From assembly GCA_963718565.1 (NCBI GenBank), contig OY970364.1, positions 1,024,001 to 1,088,000 on the forward strand: a DNA stretch of 64,000 nt. Reading direction: 5' to 3'. The stretch comes from an uncultured Verrucomicrobiae bacterium (GTDB lineage: Bacteria > Chlamydiota > Chlamydiia > Chlamydiales > Rhabdochlamydiaceae). The notes below the pieces were generated by a model. The model searched no databases. It was given only the letters and a program-made list of their open reading frames with translations, and was not told where the DNA came from. The position numbers and the translations under genes were made by a program. Shown here piece by piece: positions 38,176 through 47,988 of the stretch (the stretch's first letter is position 1; each line of letters starts with the position of its first letter).

Positions 38176-39657
38176 TTACTCTTTTTTTTGTTTTAGCCAT
38201 AGAAAAAGGCATTCCGTCGCCCGCACATCGTCCTCATTGTAATTGATGATGTCTTCTAAGATCTCCCGATTTCCCGTTTCAAGCCATTCCTCATACCAGA
38301 AAACGCTCTGGCCGCCTCCCGCTTTCTGATGGCGCCACTTGAAATTCAGAAAGCTTGATTTAGCGATGTCTTTGATCGAGTAAAAGTAGAGAGGGAAGAT
38401 GATCGCTTTCTCGACGACCTTTTGTAGATCCACTAGCTTGGCTTGAAACTGCTCTAGAGAAGATGAGCCGCCGTACTCTTCTGCAAGCGACTTTAAATGG
38501 GCTTTTTCGTAGTTCGCGTAATGATAAATGACATATTCCTCCGGCAAGCACGCCACCCACTCTAAAAAGGCTTTCCACATGGTTTCTTCTTCTTCAGGCT
38601 GTTTTGCCAAAAAGTAGACAAAGTAGTTCCCATCCTCACAGAAGCGAACGTTTTCTGCCTTTGCATAGAGATGCTGCGCGTCTCCCGTGACCCATACACC
38701 GAACAGGTAATCGATATCGAGCAGTGGATCGCCTTCAATATCAAAATACAGTTTTAGGGACGATTCTGGCAGGGCATCTAACTGGCCAATTGGAATCACC
38801 TGCTTATTGATAAGAGACTTGGTTTGTAACTGAGCTTTTTGAAGCGTTTCACGTGATGCGTAGGGGATTTTGGGAAGCGCAGCCAGATTGGCGCTGATCA
38901 TATCCTGTAATGTCCGAATCCCCTCCTTTCTAAGAGCCCCCAAGCTCCTCGAATCAAGCCTATAAATCAGTGCGATATCCTGCTTTCCCTCAGCTTCCCC
39001 CAAGGCCACTTTAAACCAAGGGCTGTCTTTGGATTTGCTTGTGATCGTAAGAGCAGGTTTGCTTCCATGCATAACCTCGATAATCTGTTCGATGAGAGTG
39101 CGGGTTTTGGCGATATCCTCTTCGTCCAAGACCAATGAAAGCCTGGCGTGATGTCGATTAATCATCCCCACTTTGTTAGGAAGGTATCCTTGGAACTTTT
39201 CGAGGATGATCGCATAAAGTGAGAGCTGATTCTTATAAGTAGGTTTTATTTTCGATGACCATTTGATCTCAATAGGAGCATAGTGCCAATTTCCAAATAC
39301 AGACTTCCCTTCTCGTTTTTCAAGGAGATCGGGACGTCCTCTATAAACCACTCCTTCATGCTCAAACTGCACACACCCCTGGTAGATCAACTCGGCCCCC
39401 TTTCTCATCAACTCCAGGGTCGCCTGAATAGCTTCTTCAGTTTGAATGGCTTCTACCTTTGATACTTTCAGTCCCGAGATGTACTCATCCTCATGCAGAA
39501 CCCCACTTTCCATGAGTTTGAGAGTAAACTCTGATATTTTCTCTTTTTTCGACTGGTCTCCATATTGGTCATACCAAATCCATAGAGGTTGCGTGGCATA
39601 TTTAAAGAAATGACTAGGGGTGAAAATAAGGGGCTTAGGGGCGCTTTTGCTTGCCAT
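38176..39657 (-). CDS. TM0106-family RecB-like nuclease with C-terminal RNase H-like domain
   Basis: GRPDLL, PIEIK, QLSLY; YFDIEGDP, IYHYANYE, YSIKDIA, YNEDDVRAT; start overlaps the hsdR end. Confidence 0.88.
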   Translation of the reverse strand: MASKSAPKPLIFTPSHFFKYATQPLWIWYDQYGDQSKKEKISEFTLKLMESGVLHEDEYISGLKVSKVEAIQTEEAIQATLELMRKGAELIYQGCVQFEHEGVVYRGRPDLLEKREGKSVFGNWHYAPIEIKWSSKIKPTYKNQLSLYAIILEKFQGYLPNKVGMINRHHARLSLVLDEEDIAKTRTLIEQIIEVMHGSKPALTITSKSKDSPWFKVALGEAEGKQDIALIYRLDSRSLGALRKEGIRTLQDMISANLAALPKIPYASRETLQKAQLQTKSLINKQVIPIGQLDALPESSLKLYFDIEGDPLLDIDYLFGVWVTGDAQHLYAKAENVRFCEDGNYFVYFLAKQPEEEETMWKAFLEWVACLPEEYVIYHYANYEKAHLKSLAEEYGGSSSLEQFQAKLVDLQKVVEKAIIFPLYFYSIKDIAKSSFLNFKWRHQKAGGGQSVFWYEEWLETGNREILEDIINYNEDDVRATECLFLWLKQKKE

Positions 39658-42604
39658 GCCGTTTCCCCTTGTCTTCATAGGTCACATCAAAATTGACGTC
39701 AGATAGCCATTTCTTGAAGAAGGGATTGTCGCTGAACTGCTTAAAGAGTTCTGTCTGATCTGAGAGAAGATTGACCATAACGCGCTGAAGAGCCTTATCG
39801 TGCTCTATTCGCGCATTCTGTTTGTCTGAGTTTTTCATCGCATTTTGATAGGCAGGATCTGCTCCCACCTTTTCTGGAATTTCTTCCGTAATGATACGCC
39901 GTACTTTATCCTCGTCTTTCCATTCAATGCTGCCAAAAAGATCGTTGAACGTCTTGATGATATTACTTAAGTGATCGAGTTCCGGCTCAGGTTTCCTGCC
40001 TTTCGCACTTGTTGGCACAGCACCCAGTTCCGCGTCTTGATCTGGAAGAGATATTTTCAATATTGATTTCACCTCAACGCGGTAGCTATCGATATCGATC
40101 GCCTCTAATATTCCTCTTGATAAATCCTCTTCTTTTGGCGCAGGAAGCTTTGGAATCAAGAAATTCAGAAAAATCGCCAGCTTTTCCCAATTTGGATTTG
40201 AGTAGGGCAGTATGGAAGATAGGAAGCCATAGGTTCGGGTAAATGCCTTCGCTTTGCTTTTGAAGTCAACTTGTCCATCCTCATCTAGTTCTTCTTGATA
40301 AAGAGCGACACAGCCGTCAAGAATAGGATCTAATCGATCTCTACTTGCTCCATTGAGATATTTCGCTACGAAATCTTCAATTTGAAGCCAACTGTAGACC
40401 TGAGCCTGATCCAAATCCGTTTGAAGATCATGGAGTTTATTAGGATCGGTCTCTTCGCTAAGGATCGTCGTACGGTAATAGTCAGAAAATGCTTTTGTAA
40501 TGGTATCAGCGTCGTTGCAGAAATCGAGAACAAAAGTGTCGTATTTCTGAGGATGCGCCCTATTAAGACGCGAAAGAGTTTGAACAGCTTTGATCCCCGA
40601 AAGAGGTTTATCCACGTACATAGTATGGAGCAAAGGCTCGTCATAGCCAGTTTGAAACTTATCCGCAACGATCAGAAAGCGATACGGATCTTCTTGGACT
40701 TTATCTGGGATGCTATTGCTTGGAAACCCGTTCAGTGAAGCCTCAGTAACCTTCTGCCCCGCATATTCATGTTCTCCCGAAAATGCAACGATTCCTTGAT
40801 AAGGGCTTTTGATCTCGCGCAAATACTCCCTAAAAGCGTGGAAATACTCGATAGCTCTCTGGATGCTGCTCGTCACTACCATCGCCCTAGCGTGACCACC
40901 AATCTTACGATGACCAATGACCTGTTCATTGAAGTGGTCAATCATAATCTCGGCTTTTTGCCGGATGGCATGCTTATCCGATTCAACAAACTTACGCAGC
41001 TTCTTTTGGGCCCTTTTCGTATCGAAAAGAGGATCTCCTTCCAGAGTTTTTGCAAGTCGGTAGTAACTTTTTACTGGGGTGTAATGTTTGAGGACATCGA
41101 GAATAAATCCCTCTTCAATCGCCTGTTTCATCGTATAAGAGTGGAAGGGACGGTGTTTGATCACACCTCCTTCTGGATAAGGCTCCCCAAAAATCTCTAG
41201 GGTCTTATTTTTAGGAGTTGCAGTGAAAGCAAAATAGCTCGCATTCGAGAGCATCTTTTTGCCTTCCAGGATCTTATTGATCTTGTCTTCTACCGTCTCG
41301 TCCTCATCATCCCCTTCTTCTTGCTGAGCCAGGGTCATATTCATTTTGGCAGCCGTTCTTCCACCTTGGCTCGAATGCGCTTCGTCAATGATGATGGCAA
41401 ATCGACTTTTGCGGTGTTCATCGGCTATGGCATCTAATACGAAAGGAAACTTCTGCACGGTCGTAATAATGACCTTTTTCCCACCCTGAAGAAACTGTTT
41501 GAGATCGCTGGAATGTTCGGCATGCCCGACAATCGCTGATACCTGAGCAAATTGCTTGATCGTATCTCGAATTTGTTTATCTAAGACTTTTCTATCAGTC
41601 ACGACCACAATACTATCGAAAATGGATTGCCCATGTTTTTCAACCCCTACAAGCTGATGAGCCAGCCAAGCAATCGAATTACTCTTGCCGCTTCCTGCTG
41701 AATGTTGAATCAGATAACGTTTACCAATTCCAATGTTAGAGGTTTGAGCCAGCACTTTTCTTACTACATCCAGTTGATGGTATCTCGGGAATATCTGCTT
41801 CTCTTTCTTCCTTCCTTTACCATCCTTTTCCTCAACTACTTGAGCGTAGTTTTCAAGGATATTAGTGAGGCTTGCTTTTGTGAGGATTTCCTTCCAAAGG
41901 TAATCGGTAGCAATTCCATTGGGATTTGGCGGATTGCCTGCACCTGCGTTATATCCTCTATTGAAAGGAAGAAACCAAGAGGCTTTCCCTTTTAGATGGG
42001 TGCACATTCTCACTTCATGATCATCGACTGCAAAGTGGACCACACAACGACCAAAAGCAAAAAGCAGCTCTCTAGGATCTCGATCCCTTTTGTATTGTTG
42101 AACAGCGTCTTCTACCGTTTGTTTAGTGAGTTTATTTTTCAACTCGAAGGTAGCAATCGGCAATCCATTGATGAAAATCGCAAGATCCAGAGCCAAATTT
42201 GACTCATCTCGGCTATATCGAAGTTGTCTTGTTACGCTGAAGATATTTGCATCGAATAGCTCACGAGCTTTCGCATTACCTAAAGAGGGGGAGCCGTAGA
42301 AAAGATCGATAGAAAGTGGACCGTGCCTAATACCCTTTCGGAGGACAGAAACAACTCCATTTTTCGCTATTTCCCCCTGAAGTCGGTGGAGAAATTGAGT
42401 ACGAGTTGGGCCATCCTCTTCAAGTCCGCATCCCTCAAAAGCCTTTGGCTGGGTAGCTTTCAAGAAAGCTGCCAATTTGGCAATATCAATGGCATGACCT
42501 CGGTCATAATCTTCTCGAGATCCTAGCTCGTAGCCGTTCTCGCTTACCAGCCAATCAACAATGAGATCCTCAAGCCCGCGTTCGCTTGTATCAGTCGTCT
42601 TCAT
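39635..42604 (-). CDS. hsdR: Type I restriction endonuclease subunit R
   Basis: DLAIFINGLPIATFELK, QHSAGSGKS, DEAHSS, KFQTGYDEP, QTLSRLNR. Confidence 0.95.
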   Translation of the reverse strand: MKTTDTSERGLEDLIVDWLVSENGYELGSREDYDRGHAIDIAKLAAFLKATQPKAFEGCGLEEDGPTRTQFLHRLQGEIAKNGVVSVLRKGIRHGPLSIDLFYGSPSLGNAKARELFDANIFSVTRQLRYSRDESNLALDLAIFINGLPIATFELKNKLTKQTVEDAVQQYKRDRDPRELLFAFGRCVVHFAVDDHEVRMCTHLKGKASWFLPFNRGYNAGAGNPPNPNGIATDYLWKEILTKASLTNILENYAQVVEEKDGKGRKKEKQIFPRYHQLDVVRKVLAQTSNIGIGKRYLIQHSAGSGKSNSIAWLAHQLVGVEKHGQSIFDSIVVVTDRKVLDKQIRDTIKQFAQVSAIVGHAEHSSDLKQFLQGGKKVIITTVQKFPFVLDAIADEHRKSRFAIIIDEAHSSQGGRTAAKMNMTLAQQEEGDDEDETVEDKINKILEGKKMLSNASYFAFTATPKNKTLEIFGEPYPEGGVIKHRPFHSYTMKQAIEEGFILDVLKHYTPVKSYYRLAKTLEGDPLFDTKRAQKKLRKFVESDKHAIRQKAEIMIDHFNEQVIGHRKIGGHARAMVVTSSIQRAIEYFHAFREYLREIKSPYQGIVAFSGEHEYAGQKVTEASLNGFPSNSIPDKVQEDPYRFLIVADKFQTGYDEPLLHTMYVDKPLSGIKAVQTLSRLNRAHPQKYDTFVLDFCNDADTITKAFSDYYRTTILSEETDPNKLHDLQTDLDQAQVYSWLQIEDFVAKYLNGASRDRLDPILDGCVALYQEELDEDGQVDFKSKAKAFTRTYGFLSSILPYSNPNWEKLAIFLNFLIPKLPAPKEEDLSRGILEAIDIDSYRVEVKSILKISLPDQDAELGAVPTSAKGRKPEPELDHLSNIIKTFNDLFGSIEWKDEDKVRRIITEEIPEKVGADPAYQNAMKNSDKQNARIEHDKALQRVMVNLLSDQTELFKQFSDNPFFKKWLSDVNFDVTYEDKGKRHGKQKRP

Positions 42605-43919
42605 CAGCGACTCCCACCAATTCGAGAGATTCTTCTATTTCTTCAGGTTCTATGAGACCATCAATCGTATCCTGGAATGAAGATTCATCAATTTTGACAT
42701 CACGAACATCTATTTTTCCTGTGACTGCATCGGAAATCAGGCGATTTCTGTATTCTTGGATTAGATCAATTTCACGTTGACATTTCAAAATGGCGTCTTC
42801 ATAAAGCGCCATTTTTTCTTCAATAAAATGAACAATTTTCAATTGTTCTTCTAAAGGCGGCAATGCGAGAGGGTGCTTACCAAGATCTTCTTGTGTCATG
42901 CTAGGCAATGCAGTGTGCGTAGAGTAGTATTTAAATTGGAAACCCGTAGAGCAATAATACAAAAACTTGGCCGATATATCCTTAGAAACTTCTGAATAAA
43001 ACATCGTATCGATTGTCCAAAATGGCCCGTTCATATAAATCGGTTTGTCAATTGTTCCTTTTCTTCCAAACAATATAGACTCCCCGTTATACAAAAACTT
43101 GGAGGCAGAAGAAAATTGTCCTCCTGAACCTATAACTGGAAAACCTTGATTGGCTTCAACTTGTTTGTGATCCTGTCCATTTTTAATTTTTGCCACATTT
43201 TTCAATCTTCTTATTTCCCAATGCTCAGGAATATCGCCTAACCAATTGACTCCACTCGGCTTCAGTCGTACATTTGGATCAATACCACGGTTAACGGCTT
43301 CTCTAATGATAACTTGCTTTTGCTCTTTTAAAAGAAGGATTTTCTTCTTTTTATTTCTGATAAAATTTTGAGATAAAGAATCAATATACTTTAAAAAAAT
43401 CGCTATTTTTCTTTGTTCTTCGTAAGGAGGACAAAGCACTGGCATCCCTAGAAATTTATCAGGGTACAATCTAAGGCGAGACGAGCGTATACCTGTAGAA
43501 CGACGGACGTACTCTGCACGATATGTTTCTATTCGGAGCAAACGATCTAAAAAATATGAATTATAAATGTCTAAGTTTTTAGGACGGTATACACCATAAG
43601 ACGGACTTACAACCCCATGTTCATTTGAAACCCCTAAAGCTGCCATCCAAGCCCACATCGTATTTATAACCACATCTCCAGATCGACAAAGCTTATGCCC
43701 CTCATTGGACTCGGCTTGAAACATAGAGACATTTAATAATTTACGACGAGTAACCCCTCTAATATGAGATACTGAGAGCATTTCCTCAGAACCGGTTACT
43801 GAGCGGTCGTCTATTTCAGAGAAAAAATATTTGGCTCTCCTTTCGATCCAATGATGAGGAATGCTGCCCACAGTTGCAAGACGAGAGCTTTTGTACTCAG
43901 GATATCGCTTTAACAGCAT
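42591..43919 (-). CDS. hsdS: Type I specificity subunit with two TRDs
   Basis: IPHHW-TRD1-PPYEEQ; SGVNWLGDIPEHW-TRD2-PPLEEQ; LISDAVTGKIDV. Confidence 0.95.
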   Translation of the reverse strand: MLLKRYPEYKSSRLATVGSIPHHWIERRAKYFFSEIDDRSVTGSEEMLSVSHIRGVTRRKLLNVSMFQAESNEGHKLCRSGDVVINTMWAWMAALGVSNEHGVVSPSYGVYRPKNLDIYNSYFLDRLLRIETYRAEYVRRSTGIRSSRLRLYPDKFLGMPVLCPPYEEQRKIAIFLKYIDSLSQNFIRNKKKKILLLKEQKQVIIREAVNRGIDPNVRLKPSGVNWLGDIPEHWEIRRLKNVAKIKNGQDHKQVEANQGFPVIGSGGQFSSASKFLYNGESILFGRKGTIDKPIYMNGPFWTIDTMFYSEVSKDISAKFLYYCSTGFQFKYYSTHTALPSMTQEDLGKHPLALPPLEEQLKIVHFIEEKMALYEDAILKCQREIDLIQEYRNRLISDAVTGKIDVRDVKIDESSFQDTIDGLIEPEEIEESLELVGVADEDD

Positions 43920-46048
43920 AATCCCGCCCCATTAATAATTTGTTCTAACAACCCTTTATTGGTTTTCCCCAGCTCATCGATATCAGTCAAAATTTCTTCT
44001 AATGCTCTCTGAAGAACTGGTTTATAAAAATAACGATTAAAAGAAATTTCGTATCCAATTTGAGTTTTGCTGACATCAATCCATACATCTGGGGCATAGG
44101 GAATTACTTCACGCTGCATGAAAGCTGCAATGCCGCCATCTTCAATCAGAGAGACTTGCTCTGTATCGCGCAAAGCTGAATCAGTTTCGTACTCAACAAC
44201 ACACGCTTTGCCGTTAATCATGGTTTCAAACAACCCTTCAAGAGGATTGGGCTTGGTTTTATTACCATGATTTTTTCTGACTACTGGGACGGCGGAATCA
44301 TCTTGAATAGTCAATTCTGCCTCAATCAGCTTGATGCGTTTAGCTGTTAGCTTTACGCCTCTACTCTCAGAGAATTCTTTCAAAGCCTTCATAAAAATAT
44401 TGAAGTCGTTCAAGGGAAGGGAAGCGTATTCGCTACGAGAACCAAGGATAAAATCAGCAAATTCAACTTCACCTTCTTTTTGACAAGCGTTCTCGAATAT
44501 ACGAAGCCTCTCTTTAGAAAGATCGACCCTGAGCCTTAAAGGTCGTTCAACTGTTACCTTCCAATAGCCAAAAGCTTCGTTCGGAAAAATTTTGGATTCT
44601 TCTGTTTCTTCGAAATTGATAAGAAGATCGCAAATTTTACGTCGATGCTCTTCATTGAATTCACAATTTTTCTTCCCAAGATTCTTGCGAAGAGGAATGT
44701 ACCAACGGGTAGCGTCAATTAGTTGTATTTTACCCTGTTTATGAGCAGGTTTACGGTTGGTCAAGACCCAGATGTAAGTAGCAATACCAGTGTTATAAAA
44801 TATGTTTTCGGGAAGAGCGATAATCGCTTCAAGCCAATCGTTTTCAATGATCCAACGGCGAATGTTACTTTCCCCTTGTCCAGCATCCCCAGTGAAGAGC
44901 GAAGAGCCATTATGAACCTCTGCAATACGGCTACCAAGAGGGGTATTATGCTTCATTTTAGCCAGCTTGTTGACTAAGAACAGCAATTGGCCATCACTAG
45001 AGCGAGTCAGCATCGAAAATTCGGGATCATTGGCATGTTGAATCACGAAACGAGAATCTCGCAAAGAGCCTTTACCTCCCATGCGCTCTAAATCGGATTT
45101 CCAGCTCTTACCATAAGGCGGATTCGAAAGCATGAAATCAAATTCTTGGGAAGGAAAGCCATCTGCTGAAAGAGTTGATCCATAACGGATATTCATAGCT
45201 TCTTCTCCCTCGCCTTTGAGTAGAAGATCAGCTTTGCAAATAGCATATGTCTCTGGTTGAGATTCTTGCCCATAAAGGTGAATGGAGACATCTTTTCCAT
45301 GAGATTTAGCAAGGTCGTGCAAACGCTCTTCCGCCAGAGTAAGCATACCTCCAGTACCGCAAGCACCATCGTAAACGAGATATGTACCCGACTGAATTTG
45401 ATCTGCTATCGGCAGGAAAATCAGGTCCGCCATGAGAGTAACAACATCTCGAGGAGTGAAGTGCTCTCCCGCTTCTTCATTGTTTTCTTCGTTGAAACGA
45501 CGAATAAGTTCCTCAAAGATCGTTCCCATTGCATGATTATCCAAAGCCGAGAGCTTAATATTGCCATTTACATCGAGTGTCGGTTTTGAGCTGAGGTTGA
45601 TCGATGGATCGAGAAATTTTTCGAGTAACTGACCAAGGATATCTGCCTCAATAAGCGTCGTCATTTGGTTGCGAAATTTAAACTTATCGAGAATCTCTTG
45701 CACGTTTTTCGAAAACCTATCGAGATAAGCTTCAAAATCGGATTTAAGCTGTTGCAGCTTAGAACGAGATCTAAGGTCACGTAGTGTGAATGGGGAGGTG
45801 TTGTAGAAAGCTTGGCCTGCTGCTTGGCACAAAGCTGCATCTTGGTTCGCAATTCCTGCTGCGTCTAAATTCTGCTTCATTTTTAAGACGGCTTCTTTGG
45901 TTGGCTCTAAGAGGGCATCAAGCCTGCGGATCACCGTCATAGGGAGAATTACATCTCGATATTTACCTCGAACGTAGACATCTCTTAGAACATCATCTGC
46001 AATGCTCCAAATAAAATTAGCGATTGAATGAAGATTCGTATTCGTCAT
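43910..46048 (-). CDS. hsdM: Type I m6A methyltransferase
   Basis: AGEHFTPRDV, DGACGTGG, SNPPYG, IFYNTGI. Confidence 0.95.
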   Translation of the reverse strand: MTNTNLHSIANFIWSIADDVLRDVYVRGKYRDVILPMTVIRRLDALLEPTKEAVLKMKQNLDAAGIANQDAALCQAAGQAFYNTSPFTLRDLRSRSKLQQLKSDFEAYLDRFSKNVQEILDKFKFRNQMTTLIEADILGQLLEKFLDPSINLSSKPTLDVNGNIKLSALDNHAMGTIFEELIRRFNEENNEEAGEHFTPRDVVTLMADLIFLPIADQIQSGTYLVYDGACGTGGMLTLAEERLHDLAKSHGKDVSIHLYGQESQPETYAICKADLLLKGEGEEAMNIRYGSTLSADGFPSQEFDFMLSNPPYGKSWKSDLERMGGKGSLRDSRFVIQHANDPEFSMLTRSSDGQLLFLVNKLAKMKHNTPLGSRIAEVHNGSSLFTGDAGQGESNIRRWIIENDWLEAIIALPENIFYNTGIATYIWVLTNRKPAHKQGKIQLIDATRWYIPLRKNLGKKNCEFNEEHRRKICDLLINFEETEESKIFPNEAFGYWKVTVERPLRLRVDLSKERLRIFENACQKEGEVEFADFILGSRSEYASLPLNDFNIFMKALKEFSESRGVKLTAKRIKLIEAELTIQDDSAVPVVRKNHGNKTKPNPLEGLFETMINGKACVVEYETDSALRDTEQVSLIEDGGIAAFMQREVIPYAPDVWIDVSKTQIGYEISFNRYFYKPVLQRALEEILTDIDELGKTNKGLLEQIINGAGLCC

Positions 46049-46049
46049 A

Positions 46050-47390
46050 CTACTTTCCCTCTTGATGGTTGTCTCTCGTATGGAGCCAAAACCCTTCTAT
46101 TTTTTCCAGACTTTTAATATATGCAACCAACTCGTCTATAGGAATTTTCGGATATTTTTCGATAAGAGCGACGTGGTTTTTTGGAGAAGCAGAGTATTGA
46201 TCAATTTTTCTGAAAAAAATCTGTTCTAAGAATCCCTTTAAATGCGTTCTCTCAAAGAATTTAGCAATGTTTTGTAATTTTGAATCCTCAACAGACACCT
46301 TCTGGCCTGGTTCAGTTTGAAGTAACAGTTGCATTAATCGTTGATTCGATGAGTCATTCTTGAATTTATGTACTATAAAGCATTCTGCTTCTGCATCCTT
46401 AAACCAAACCACTTCAAGCTGAAGCTCATTATCATCTAATTTTAGCTGAAGCGAGTAAGGCGTAATTTCTTTTGGAGCAATACTTTCATTAACATCAATT
46501 TCTTGATGAAGGAGTATTTTGTTCAGGATAGGCTTCAAATATTGGATAAAACGATCTCTTTGAAAAAAGCGAATATGTTGTGGAATTTTACCATTTTTAA
46601 TCTGGTGCATTTCTACCCAATAAGCATGATTACTCATCAGAGAGTTACTCTTTGCACAAGCCTCAATATCCTGAGATTCGAGAATCTTGTTCTCAAAATA
46701 AGATGAGGGGATCTTCCAACACCATTCAGCAAGCAGGAAATGTTCCCACATAGCCCATTCATGATCGAGGTTATCCCATAGAAAGGCTTTGTTAAGGGCG
46801 AGCAGCTGAGTACGGACTGGAGCAAAACTAAAACTCAGAAAACTGGGCACTTGGACGTAGGTCACTTCTTGCGTTTTTGGATTGACTTTAGAACCATTCG
46901 TATAGACGATTTCACCAAAGTCTTTCATCAAATCTACACGTCCTACTTCAAGGATACTTCCGCATAGCCCACAAAGACGATCATAAGCAACCTCGTAATA
47001 TGGCGGAGTAAAGTATCGATGACCATCTCTTCCTTCCAATACGTTTTCTACCGATGATAACCCCTGATTTATTGCAGGATTTTCAATCATGTTTTCAGAA
47101 TCTAAAAGAGCACGCACCTTGGCAAATACGTCATGCATTTCTTTAATCGCAGCCATCTCGGTCCTCTCATATTTCTTCTTGAAATCAGACTTATCTTTGA
47201 CCCACTGAAGATAAAACGGCCCAAACGCCTTAGCTTTTGTAAGAAGAGGCACGATACTTTCTGTGAGAATTTTGAAGAACGATCGTAAGTTATACTCAGC
47301 AAAAAGCTCGTCAGCAAAATGACCTAATGTCTTAAAGCTTCCTGCCCGAAACAGATCGATATATCTTCTATGAGTTTCAACTGTCTTCAT
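46050..47390 (-). CDS. Hypothetical protein, first gene of the R-M operon
   Basis: 446-aa ORF ending 1 bp before the hsdM start; no motif recognised. Confidence 0.75.
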   Translation of the reverse strand: MKTVETHRRYIDLFRAGSFKTLGHFADELFAEYNLRSFFKILTESIVPLLTKAKAFGPFYLQWVKDKSDFKKKYERTEMAAIKEMHDVFAKVRALLDSENMIENPAINQGLSSVENVLEGRDGHRYFTPPYYEVAYDRLCGLCGSILEVGRVDLMKDFGEIVYTNGSKVNPKTQEVTYVQVPSFLSFSFAPVRTQLLALNKAFLWDNLDHEWAMWEHFLLAEWCWKIPSSYFENKILESQDIEACAKSNSLMSNHAYWVEMHQIKNGKIPQHIRFFQRDRFIQYLKPILNKILLHQEIDVNESIAPKEITPYSLQLKLDDNELQLEVVWFKDAEAECFIVHKFKNDSSNQRLMQLLLQTEPGQKVSVEDSKLQNIAKFFERTHLKGFLEQIFFRKIDQYSASPKNHVALIEKYPKIPIDELVAYIKSLEKIEGFWLHTRDNHQEGK

Positions 47391-47597
47391 CTCAAAATAT
47401 TACCTTACAAAACCTTACAAAAGGATAACAGATCAAGATAAGTTTTTCTAGTGAAACTCAATACCCATGCTTTTGGGTTCAAAAAATTCCCATACAGTTC
47501 CCACGAACTTCCCATTCCCCATCGAGAATATTAAGGAAAAATTCCCATTTGCTCCCCTCAAAGAATAGTGGAACAAAATATTAAGTATCATCCGATT

Positions 47598-47768
47598 ATG
47601 AAAAGCAGAGATCCCCAATTTCCTCGTATGAAGTCTGAGGTAAAGGAATTTTCCAACCTCGCGGGATTCTTTGCGCTTTTGTACCAAATTGACCGCAGAA
47701 ACAAACAAGCAAGTAGCTCGAAAAATGAAGATCAAAAAAGTAGAAATCGTCCCAGTCAAGCCCTCTAA
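47598..47768 (+). CDS. Small hypothetical protein
   Basis: NLAGFFALLYQIDRR; overlaps the SpoVG-like start; start codon uncertain. Confidence 0.45.
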   Translation: MKSRDPQFPRMKSEVKEFSNLAGFFALLYQIDRRNKQASSSKNEDQKSRNRPSQAL

Positions 47769-47988
47769 TGGGTTGATAGGGTTTGCTCATTTGTTCATTG
47801 AAGATGGGCTTTATCTCGGTTCTATCGGAATTCTCACGAAAAGAGATGGAGGGGGTTATCGATTGACGTACCCAACTCGACGAGTAGGAGAAACCAATAT
47901 TACGATCTTTCATCCAACCACTAGCGAATGCAGCAAGAATTTTGAAAAAGCGGTCTTTTTGGAGGTAGAACGAGTGTTTGGAACATAA
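47725..47988 (+). CDS. SpoVG-family nucleic-acid-binding protein
   Basis: MKIKKVEIVPVK..NGLIGFA....D.LYLGSIGI......YRLTYPT. Confidence 0.75.
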   Translation: MKIKKVEIVPVKPSNGLIGFAHLFIEDGLYLGSIGILTKRDGGGYRLTYPTRRVGETNITIFHPTTSECSKNFEKAVFLEVERVFGT

